Origin: an uncultured Candidatus Micrarchaeota archaeon
GTDB taxonomy: Archaea; Micrarchaeota; Micrarchaeia; Burarchaeales; Fermentimicrarchaeaceae
Direction of reading: 5' to 3'
Assembly (NCBI GenBank): GCA_903884505.1
Contig: CAISET010000027.1
Location: 1,211 to 65,210, forward strand
Length of the DNA: 64,000 nt
Of the stretch, positions 1 through 8,167 are shown in pieces. The stretch's first letter is position 1. Each line of letters begins with the position of its first letter. The translations under genes and the position numbers were made by a program. The notes under the pieces were generated by a model, which worked only from the letters and a program-made list of their open reading frames with translations, was not told where the DNA came from and searched no databases.

Positions 1-1000
1 TGCCGATTGCCTCGCAGAAGCTGCCCTTGCTGTACATTACCTTGTCGGCCAGCGCCGCATTGAGCGTTTCCGCCAGCCTTTGGAGCATCGCATCGTCATG
101 GCTGCGGCCTTCATGCCAGCCAGTCCACACAAGCGCGACAGCCGAGATGTAGCGGAGCTCTGCCTCACTTCTCTCCGCGCCCCTGGTCAGCAGCATCTTC
201 TCAAGGGCTGGCCAGGCATCCTTTGCCTTCGGGCCTATCACCCCGATTGCATGGGCCGCCTCGACACGGACGTCCGGCGCCGGGTCGTTGTCCAGCACTC
301 TAATCAGCGCAGGAAGCGCAGGGAGCGCCTTCTCCCCCAAGCGCCCGATTGTCTCAATAGCGCGGTAGCGTATTCCATTATCAGTATCGGCAAGCGCCCT
401 CACAAGCGAAGGGATGGCCTTTGCGCCATTCTTGCTTTCAATTATCTTCTCCATCGCCCTGCGCGCATCGCAGGACACCGCCTCATCGCCGTGGACGATG
501 TGCCCGAGCAGTTCCCTCACAGTCTTGTACTCGAGCCCGAGGGGCCGTGCGAGCCTGTAGCGCATCAGGTGGGTGCTGAAATGCCATTTGCGGGACATGT
601 TCCAGGCGTTCATGGCGGGGTTTGTCACCCAGGAACGGATGCTGTCTGCGCCCCTTTTCACCCTCTCCTTGACGGTCGGCACGTAAGGCTTGTCATCGCG
701 CCTGCTCTCTATTATCCGCTTCAACCTGTCCTGCCTCTCGCTGAGCTCCTTTATGTCCTTCTTCCACTCGAAATGCAATGCTATCCTATTCAGCATTATG
801 CGGAATGTCGACTTGCCCTCTATGTCGTGCTCCACACGATACTTGTACTGATTCACATTCTTCTCCAATTTCCTGATGCCCTTCTTCCAGGGCGTTGGCC
901 TGAACTTGCTTTTCACCCGCTCAACGCGGTCAACCACAGCGGCTGCCGTAACGATTAGGTCTAGCAGGTCCTCCTCATTTTCAGGCTTTTTGTTCCTCAT
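1..1000 (-). CDS. HEAT-repeat protein with a unique basic N-terminal region (partial, runs off the window's left end)
   Basis: Not in the ORF track. Manual translation from the ATG at 1000 (ATGA overlap with the upstream stop) is open to position 1: MRNKKPENEE...AIPSLVRALADTDNGIRYRAIETIGRLG...ALPALIRVLDNDPAPDVRVEAAHAIGVIG. Confidence 0.85.
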   Translation of the reverse strand, partial: MRNKKPENEEDLLDLIVTAAAVVDRVERVKSKFRPTPWKKGIRKLEKNVNQYKYRVEHDIEGKSTFRIMLNRIALHFEWKKDIKELSERQDRLKRIIESRRDDKPYVPTVKERVKRGADSIRSWVTNPAMNAWNMSRKWHFSTHLMRYRLARPLGLEYKTVRELLGHIVHGDEAVSCDARRAMEKIIESKNGAKAIPSLVRALADTDNGIRYRAIETIGRLGEKALPALPALIRVLDNDPAPDVRVEAAHAIGVIGPKAKDAWPALEKMLLTRGAERSEAELRYISAVALVWTGWHEGRSHDDAMLQRLAETLNAALADKVMYSKGSFCEAIG

Positions 1001-1791
1001 GCCCTCACCATCTTCGGCTGCCTCACATCCGAGGCCATTCCCCTGAGCATCCTCTCAATCGTGACGTCTTTCGGCCTCTCTGAAACCTCGCGCACGCCGG
1101 AGGGCCTGTACGTTTTGTCAGCGATCTTCTCGATTACTTTCCTCACTTCCTCCTGGTCTCCGGGATGCTTGAGCGCATATTCATGGAGATGGGGCAGGAT
1201 TTGCGCTCCCATCCTTTCGAACGCACTTGACGCCCAGTAACGAATATCCTTGTCCTCATCTCCCAATGCCTTGATAAGCGGCGCGATAGCCGGCTTGCCC
1301 ATCTTTGCGAGCGCTTCTACCGCACTGAAAAAAAGCCTCGAATCCCTGCGTTTCTTAGCTCTAATTAGCCCGTCTTTCATGGCTTTAATCAGCGGCTCGA
1401 CCGCCCTCGTATCACCTATCTTTCCGAGCGCAGATGCCGCACCGGAAGCGACATAATCATTCTCGTCTCCCAGGGCCTTAATCAGCGGCCCGACCGCTCT
1501 TGCATCGCCTATCTCTCCGAGCGCCTCTGCCGCCTGTTGACGGACATACAGATCCTTGTCTCCCAGGGCATTAATCAGCGGCTCAACTGCCCTTTCATCA
1601 CCTATCTTTTCGAGTGCAATTGCCGCCCACTGGCGAAGACCATTATTCCTGTGTCCCAGGAGCTTAATCAGCACCCCAAATGACCTTTCGTCGCCCAGCT
1701 CCCCGAGCGACTCCATTGCCTCTTTCCTTTGAGGGCCAAGGGTTTCGCTCACTCTCCATATCTTCCACCTGACGCGGATTGAGTCGAACAT
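997..1791 (-). CDS. HEAT/PBS-lyase-like repeat protein
   Basis: Repeated AVEPLIxALxDxDxxVRxxAAxALGxIG units. Start placed at the ATG after GAGGTTTTGATT rather than at the upstream TTG. Confidence 0.92.
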   Translation of the reverse strand: MFDSIRVRWKIWRVSETLGPQRKEAMESLGELGDERSFGVLIKLLGHRNNGLRQWAAIALEKIGDERAVEPLINALGDKDLYVRQQAAEALGEIGDARAVGPLIKALGDENDYVASGAASALGKIGDTRAVEPLIKAMKDGLIRAKKRRDSRLFFSAVEALAKMGKPAIAPLIKALGDEDKDIRYWASSAFERMGAQILPHLHEYALKHPGDQEEVRKVIEKIADKTYRPSGVREVSERPKDVTIERMLRGMASDVRQPKMVRA

Positions 1792-1793
1792 AA

Positions 1794-2579
1794 TCAAAAC
1801 CTCACAGCCGCCCTCTGCTGCCTCACATCTGACGCCATCCGCCTGAACATCCTCTCCATCCCGAGATCCTCAGGCTTCTTTGACACCTTGCGCACCCCGC
1901 TCGGCCTCTTCACATCAGACGCAATCTCCCTGACCGCGTCTTTCACATCCGCCCTCAGCTCAGGATTCTTGAATGCGGCTTCGTGGAGGGCCGGCAAAGC
2001 ATCAACAGCCTTTCCCTTCATCTGGCCCAGCAGATAGACAATCTTGAAGCGTGTATTCGCGTCCGCATGCCCGAGCGCCTCAATCAGCGGCCGCACCGCC
2101 CTCTCATCGCCAATCTCCCCCAATACCAGCGCCGCCTTTGCGCGGACATTCGCGTTCTCATCCCCGAGGAGCCTAATCGCTGGTTCAATCGCAGGCGCGC
2201 CAGTGCCTTTCCCGATATTTACCAGCACATCTAGTGCCTTCATGCGGACATCCGGGTTTTTATTTCCGAGAGCCTCAGCCAGCTTTCCAGCCGCGGGCCT
2301 GCCAATCTCCTCCAGCGCCTGCCCTGCATGGTAGGAGATGGCGAAATTCTCATCGCCAAGCGCCTTGACAAGCGGCCCGACCGCCTTTGCCCCAATCTTC
2401 ACCAAAGCCAAAATGGCATTTCCGCGGACAGCCGCGTCATGATCCCCGAGCGCCCTGATGAGCGACCCGATAGTAGAGGGGTCCTTCAGGTCCACGAGCC
2501 TCCTGGCAGCCTGCACCCGCTCGTCGCGACTGCCAGTATGCAGCTGCGCAATCCAGTACGCAATGCCTGGGTCGTTCAT
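1794..2579 (-). CDS. HEAT/PBS-lyase-like repeat protein
   Basis: HEAT repeats plus the shared C-terminal KRPSGVRKVS...MASDVRQ module. Confidence 0.92.
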   Translation of the reverse strand: MNDPGIAYWIAQLHTGSRDERVQAARRLVDLKDPSTIGSLIRALGDHDAAVRGNAILALVKIGAKAVGPLVKALGDENFAISYHAGQALEEIGRPAAGKLAEALGNKNPDVRMKALDVLVNIGKGTGAPAIEPAIRLLGDENANVRAKAALVLGEIGDERAVRPLIEALGHADANTRFKIVYLLGQMKGKAVDALPALHEAAFKNPELRADVKDAVREIASDVKRPSGVRKVSKKPEDLGMERMFRRMASDVRQQRAAVRF

Positions 2580-2581
2580 AA

Positions 2582-3745
2582 TCAAAACCTCGCAATCTTC
2601 GGCTGCCTCACATCTGACGCCATTCCCCTGAACATCCTCTCGATTCCCACTTCCTTCGGCCTCTCTGAGACCTCACGGACTCCGCTCGGCCTCTTCGCGT
2701 TCTTCGATATGTTCGCAATCGCATCCTGCAGCTCTTTCCTGAGCTCCGGGCGCTCGAACGCCTTCTTGTGGAGCGCAGGCAGGACTTCCGCGGGAACGTT
2801 TTTTATGTCGCCAAGCGCCCCTGCTGCTTCCTTGCGGGCTTCCTCATCAGGGTCGTCAAGGTTCCTTATGAGCAGGGAAACGGCGTTCCCAGCGCACGCC
2901 TTCCCCATCCTGCCCATGTACGCAAAGGCATTTGCCGCGCCTGCGCGGACCGGCGCATCCTCATGGCTCAGCGCATCGGTCAGCGAAGGGACCGCCTTTT
3001 CCGCAAGCTTGGCAAGCGAATCGGCCGCATGAATCCAGGTGTTCCTGCTCGGGCCCTTGAGCGCCTCAATCAGGGCAGGTATGGCGGAATCCGCCAGCCT
3101 GTCCGCGTTCCCCAGCGCATCGGCAGCCCAGGTGCGGATTGCCCCGTCGCGGTCGTGCTTCAGAAGCCTAATCATCATCGGCACCAGAGCCTGCTCGTCG
3201 TATTTCACGAGCGGCGCCAGAATCCCGGCCATCTCATAGCGCATGGGGTTGCTCTCGTCCTCCAGCGCCTTGATGAGCGGCTTGACCGCAGGCTTGCCAG
3301 TCTTCCCCAATGCTTTCGCTGCGCCTTTGCGGACATTTTCGTTCTCATCATTAAGTGCCTTGATGAGCGGCTCAACCGCGGGCTCGCCAATCTTCCCCAA
3401 TGCCTCCTCTGCACGTGAGCGGACAGTCTCGTCTTTATCCCCGAGCAGCTTCATCAGCGGCTCAACCGCCCTCGCATACCTGGTGTCCCCCAATGCCTCT
3501 GTTACATACATGCGGACGCCCGCGTCTTCATCCCCTACCATCTTAGCCAGCTGCTCAACCGCGCCCTTACCCCCGATTTCCCCCAATGCATATGCCATCT
3601 TTGCGCGGACTAGCGTTTCTTCATCAAATTTAGGCACAATTATGAGGACCGGGTGCATCTCCCCAAGCTTTCTGGCCGCCTGCTCCCGCTCTTCAGGGCT
3701 GCCGTTCTGCAGCTTCCTTATCCACCACCACTTGTGAATGCCCAT
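2582..3745 (-). CDS. HEAT/PBS-lyase-like repeat protein
   Basis: About ten HEAT repeats plus the shared C-terminal module. Confidence 0.92.
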   Translation of the reverse strand: MGIHKWWWIRKLQNGSPEEREQAARKLGEMHPVLIIVPKFDEETLVRAKMAYALGEIGGKGAVEQLAKMVGDEDAGVRMYVTEALGDTRYARAVEPLMKLLGDKDETVRSRAEEALGKIGEPAVEPLIKALNDENENVRKGAAKALGKTGKPAVKPLIKALEDESNPMRYEMAGILAPLVKYDEQALVPMMIRLLKHDRDGAIRTWAADALGNADRLADSAIPALIEALKGPSRNTWIHAADSLAKLAEKAVPSLTDALSHEDAPVRAGAANAFAYMGRMGKACAGNAVSLLIRNLDDPDEEARKEAAGALGDIKNVPAEVLPALHKKAFERPELRKELQDAIANISKNAKRPSGVREVSERPKEVGIERMFRGMASDVRQPKIARF

Positions 3746-3747
3746 GA

Positions 3748-4425
3748 TCAAAACCCCGTAACCCTCTCTTTCTGCGGTTTGGCATCCAGCGCCCTTGACC
3801 TAATCATCCCTGAAATGTCTTCAGGCCTCTCAGAGACCTGGCGCGTCCCGCTCGGCCTCTTGGCATCCGAGGCAATCTCGCTGATTATCCTCTTCAGGTC
3901 CTCACGGCATTCGGGGTGCTTGAATGCGAGCTCGTGGAGCTGCGGCAGGATTCGCGCCCCCATCTCCACGAGCGCACATACCACGTAACCGTAAGCCTGC
4001 GATTCCGTGTCTTTCAGGGCCTCAACCAGCGGCTCGACTGCAGGCTTGCCTATCTTTTTGAGCGCCCATGCGGCATTGGAACGGACATCCTTATCCTCGT
4101 CTTCCAGAAGCTTGATAAGAGGCTCGACTGCCCTTGCGTCGCCCATCTCTCCGAGCGCCTGGGTCGCAGAATGGCGAACATTCTCATCCTTGCCTCCGAG
4201 GGCCTTGATCAGCGGCTCGATAGCCGGCCCGCCTATCTCTGCGAGTGCGTCTGCCGCATGAAAACGGAGATGCGCATCCTTGTCCCCCAGGGCTTTGACC
4301 AGGGGCTTGACCGCCCTTTCGTCTCCCATGTGCCCGAGCTCATCTGCCGCTGCCGCGCGCTCATCAAAGTTGCCCTTCCGGCGGCCCGTCCGAAGCTTTT
4401 TTATGAGCCTTTCGACCTCGTCCAT
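3748..4425 (-). CDS. HEAT/PBS-lyase-like repeat protein
   Basis: HEAT repeats plus the C-terminal KRPSGTRQVSERP module. Confidence 0.92.
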   Translation of the reverse strand: MDEVERLIKKLRTGRRKGNFDERAAAADELGHMGDERAVKPLVKALGDKDAHLRFHAADALAEIGGPAIEPLIKALGGKDENVRHSATQALGEMGDARAVEPLIKLLEDEDKDVRSNAAWALKKIGKPAVEPLVEALKDTESQAYGYVVCALVEMGARILPQLHELAFKHPECREDLKRIISEIASDAKRPSGTRQVSERPEDISGMIRSRALDAKPQKERVTGF

Positions 4426-4427
4426 AA

Positions 4428-7052
4428 TCACAGCCTCGTGACCTGCCTGTAGAACTTCGGAAGTATCTCAGGGAGCTCGGAGACATCGGAGATGGCAACT
4501 ACCCTGCCCTCCCCGTAAATCTTTGAGAGCTCGTAGGCCTCGTGCTCCCTCATCCTGACTGCTATGCAGAAGACAACCACGCCCTTCGCGATGGCCTCCT
4601 CAACCGCGTGCCTCGTGTCCTCCATGGCGTAGGTGCCGCCGTAGTGCGTCCCGTCATCGGAAGGGAGCCCGTCCGCGAGGAGGATGAGGATTTTCTTCTT
4701 CTCGCTCCTCTCAAGGAGCTTCTCGGTGGCGTGCCTTATCGCAGCCCCGTCGCGATTCGCGTGGTTGCTCTCAACCGTCCTGTCGCCCATGGGCTCCTGC
4801 CAGTCCTTTATGACGTAGAAGTGCGTGTTGTCCTTCCCGTCGCTGTTGAACGCCCAGACCGCGAACGGGTCCCCCACGGTCTCGACTGCAGAAGAAAGCA
4901 CGCGCATTGACTGCAGCTCGGTCTTAAGCACCTGGCCGGAGGTGCTCCCTGAGCAGTCAACGAGCATTGCGGTTGCGACGCTGCGCTTGTTGCGCTTCAG
5001 CTTCACGTAGAACAGGGGCTCGGGGTTCAGGCCTGCCTTCTTCTTCACAAGGTAATCGACGTAAAGCCGCGGGTCTATCTCCTCCCCCTCGTCCGCCCCG
5101 CGCACCTTTGTCTTCGCATCTGGCTTCAGCCTCTGGAACATGGCGATTACTTCGTGCATTACCGGGTGGGACGGCTGGGGCGTGCCCTTCGTCGCACCTT
5201 CCTCTATGACCGTCGTGTATCCGTAGGTCGGGGCGTTTTCAGGGTCGTAGATGAACGCCTGCTTCTTGCAGTCCCATTCAGGGTAGTAGTATTTCATCTT
5301 CTCCTCAGGCGGCTTCTCCCCTTTCGAGCCCCCTGGGTCGCCATCATCGCCGGCAGGCTTCTTTTCCTTCCCTTCCCCGAACTTCGCCTTCACTTCTATG
5401 GCCGGCTCGCCGGGCCTCGCCTTCTTCAGCTTCTTCTTGAACAGGGCCGAGATATCCTCCTCTATGAGGGGGGTCGGGAAGGTCTTCACGTAGCGCTTGT
5501 AGTCCGGGTACTTCTGCTTGAACTTCAGGACAACGTCGATGGTCGCGTTGAAGGCGTTGGTGCCGTCAGCCCCGGTGTTCCCCCGTTCCGCAATCTTCAC
5601 GAGCTCGAGCGCCTCCGGAATCTGGATGAGCGTGGCGTGCCTCTCGAGCAGTTTCTGCAACTCACGCTCCTGGCGCTCGAGCTTTGCAAGCGCACCTGTG
5701 TCGTAGGGCTGCCCGGCCTCCTTCTGGCCGCGGAGCGGGGAAAGCCTCTTCTGGGCGTCGGCGAGCCTTTCCTTCAGCCTCTCCGGGTCAAGCGGGACGA
5801 TTGCGAGCTGGAGGAATGCCTCCAGGATGTCACCGGCGTCTCCAGGGACGCGAGGCACCTCCCTGAACTGGAGGTGCTTCTCCTTGTTTTCCGAGTATTC
5901 CACCCGCACTCCCGGGTTCTTCCCAATCGTGATGTCGTCAATCCTGCGGTCCTCTATGATGTTGTGGATTTTGTGCGCAAGCTCTTTGTCCTCGCCGAAA
6001 AGGCCGAAGAGGTCGTCCGCGGTCTCGAACCTCCTGGGCCTCCCTGTCCTGAATGCCTTTGCCTCGCCCTCCTCATCTGTGAGCGGCTCCCCCTTGAGCG
6101 TCTCAATCTCCACATAGGCGTCGGTCTGCTTCACCATCGCAGGGTTCCTCAGCCTGTACCCGAGCTTCTCAAGCTCGGCCTGGAAAACGCTGATTTCGAA
6201 GCTTCCCTCGATGATGTGCGCAGCCTCGTGGTAGGAGCCCAGGGTGTAGTCGCGCCTGTTCTCCTCCTTGGACGGGAACCTGTTGACTATTGTCGGAACT
6301 TCGACGCTCCTCCCGTCCGTGGCGAACTTGCTGCCGGCCTTTATGCCGACCGAGCCGTCATGCGAGAGGATCATGACCAGGGCGTCGAGGAAGCCTGTGA
6401 TTTCGGCTGCGGTCTGCACCTGGCTCTTCTTCGCCCTTGCGAACCACTCCTTTGCCTCGGGCGTCTTGCCCTCGAAGATGAGCTTTGCGCTTTCCGGGAC
6501 GGTCCGGGCGAGAAGGAGGAGCTCGGTGAAGTCCACGGGGTTGTTCCCGAGCTTGAAATAGACCATGTCCATGAACATGAAGAAGGTCATGCTGTCCCCC
6601 TGGCACAGGGTGGCGTAATCCCCGAGCTTCCAGGCTTCGTACCTCGCGAGCTTGAGCAGCTCAGGGCCGTAATAGCTGTCATGCACCAGGCAGCGGTTGG
6701 CCGTGTCGTTTATGAGGTGCACGGCGTTGTTCACCGCCTTGGTCATGTCAATTAGCTTGTCACGGGTATACCCGGCGTCAATCCAGGCGTCCGCCTTCTC
6801 AATCGCCCTGTTCCTAAGAATCCAGTTTATGGAGTCGAGGTCGAGCGCATCCTTGAGGAAGGCGCGCGCCTTCTCCTCCCCGTACTTCGTGGTGAGCTCC
6901 CCGAGCTTTTTCTCAACAAGGGGCGCGCAGGCCCAGCCCGAGTAGCCGTCAATCTTCTCGCTGGCCGCATCAATCTTCTTCGCCTTCTCAAGCAGCTCCT
7001 GGCCCCAGGTAGGCTTGGTGACAACAGGGCTCGGGGTCAGGTGCTTGGCCAT
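4428..7052 (-). CDS. VWA-domain protein of the NorD/CbbO/CobT type with a HExxH-containing middle domain
   Basis: YHEAAH...NIIEDRRID; YPEWD; MIDAS DCSGST; NRDGAAIRHA...ILLADGLPSD, as in NorD/CbbO C-termini. Confidence 0.88.
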   Translation of the reverse strand: MAKHLTPSPVVTKPTWGQELLEKAKKIDAASEKIDGYSGWACAPLVEKKLGELTTKYGEEKARAFLKDALDLDSINWILRNRAIEKADAWIDAGYTRDKLIDMTKAVNNAVHLINDTANRCLVHDSYYGPELLKLARYEAWKLGDYATLCQGDSMTFFMFMDMVYFKLGNNPVDFTELLLLARTVPESAKLIFEGKTPEAKEWFARAKKSQVQTAAEITGFLDALVMILSHDGSVGIKAGSKFATDGRSVEVPTIVNRFPSKEENRRDYTLGSYHEAAHIIEGSFEISVFQAELEKLGYRLRNPAMVKQTDAYVEIETLKGEPLTDEEGEAKAFRTGRPRRFETADDLFGLFGEDKELAHKIHNIIEDRRIDDITIGKNPGVRVEYSENKEKHLQFREVPRVPGDAGDILEAFLQLAIVPLDPERLKERLADAQKRLSPLRGQKEAGQPYDTGALAKLERQERELQKLLERHATLIQIPEALELVKIAERGNTGADGTNAFNATIDVVLKFKQKYPDYKRYVKTFPTPLIEEDISALFKKKLKKARPGEPAIEVKAKFGEGKEKKPAGDDGDPGGSKGEKPPEEKMKYYYPEWDCKKQAFIYDPENAPTYGYTTVIEEGATKGTPQPSHPVMHEVIAMFQRLKPDAKTKVRGADEGEEIDPRLYVDYLVKKKAGLNPEPLFYVKLKRNKRSVATAMLVDCSGSTSGQVLKTELQSMRVLSSAVETVGDPFAVWAFNSDGKDNTHFYVIKDWQEPMGDRTVESNHANRDGAAIRHATEKLLERSEKKKILILLADGLPSDDGTHYGGTYAMEDTRHAVEEAIAKGVVVFCIAVRMREHEAYELSKIYGEGRVVAISDVSELPEILPKFYRQVTRL

Positions 7053-7070
7053 GGGCTCACCGCCGGAAGC

Positions 7071-8054
7071 CTAAGGCATCGGAATCTTGTTGTAGACCAC
7101 TTCTGCGGCTGCCCTTGCCTTCTGGATGGCATCCTTTGCGAAGTCGCTCATGACCTGGTAGACCATCCCCGTCATGACAGCGACCTTGGCGTCTATGCCT
7201 GCGACTATCTGCTGCATGACGTTGAGTATGAGGCCGTCGCCGGGCACCTCCTTGAAGGGCAGGTTGACGTTGCGGGCGGCCCCGGTGTCCGCGTCCTTCT
7301 CCTTCACCATGCCGCCCATGTTGTAGGCCTTCCTCAGCTCGTCTGTCCCGTCCCAGAGGCCTTCGGCTATCTTCCTCTTCTGAAGCTCCACCTTCGGCTC
7401 CTTCGCCTTCTCCAGCCTCTCGAGAATCATCTCCACGCAGCGCTCCTTTGGCAAGTGGTCGAACTCCATCTCAACGCCCATGCGCCTTGTGAGCGCGGGC
7501 GAGGTCTCGACAGTGGTATAAAGGCTGCCCGTGTTCATGGCGAACATCAGCATTACGTCCTTCGGAATCTCGAATGTCATCCCGGAAACCTCATCCTTCA
7601 GCACGCGGTAGTCCAGCGCGGAATACAGGGATGCAGTCACCCTCTTGTCGGCAAGGTTCACGTCGTCGATAAGCACGACCGCCTTTCCTGCGGCAGCGGC
7701 CTCGCAGACTGGTCCCCAGTCAACCCTGAACTCGTCGCCCGCAGGCACTAGCTTTCCGAAGAAGGAGGCAGTGGTGGTATCCTCGTTGCAGACCACCCTA
7801 TAGAAGCCTGCGCCCTTCTCCTTCGCGAACCACATGGCAAAGGTGGTCTTCCCGCAGCCCGGAGGGCCGCGCATGAGCATTGCCTTCTGGTTCCCCCAGC
7901 AGAACTCCGCGAGCTTCAGCTCGCTCTCCCCGTTGATGCTGTGCGGATGGTACTTCCCCGGGTTAGGGGCTATCCGGTTTGCAAGAATTGTCTCCTTCTC
8001 GGGAACTACTACGCCACTTGGCGCGCGCTTGTATCCATCAATGGTTTTCGCCAC
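7071..8054 (-). CDS. MoxR-clade AAA+ ATPase (CbbQ/NorQ/CobS-like)
   Basis: Walker A GPPGCGKTT, Walker B VVLIDD, sensor-1 AMN, SPALTRR arginine finger. GTG start at 8054 follows a GGTGGT RBS (ORF track starts at 8102). Confidence 0.88.
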   Translation of the reverse strand: MAKTIDGYKRAPSGVVVPEKETILANRIAPNPGKYHPHSINGESELKLAEFCWGNQKAMLMRGPPGCGKTTFAMWFAKEKGAGFYRVVCNEDTTTASFFGKLVPAGDEFRVDWGPVCEAAAAGKAVVLIDDVNLADKRVTASLYSALDYRVLKDEVSGMTFEIPKDVMLMFAMNTGSLYTTVETSPALTRRMGVEMEFDHLPKERCVEMILERLEKAKEPKVELQKRKIAEGLWDGTDELRKAYNMGGMVKEKDADTGAARNVNLPFKEVPGDGLILNVMQQIVAGIDAKVAVMTGMVYQVMSDFAKDAIQKARAAAEVVYNKIPMP

Positions 8055-8167
8055 TAGACCACCGGCAATATCGCTCGATTCCCCTATATAAGGATTTCGC
8101 ATTTTGGGTAAAAGGCGGAAACGTTTGTCTGGTTTTTCCGTAAAATTAGAACGATTGTTTCAGAGGG

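Noticed and set aside
5154-6755. Long antisense ORFs (also 80-958, 32624-33907, 15202-16134 and many others)
   Set aside because: Shadow frames of GC-rich genes on the opposite strand, with no motifs.
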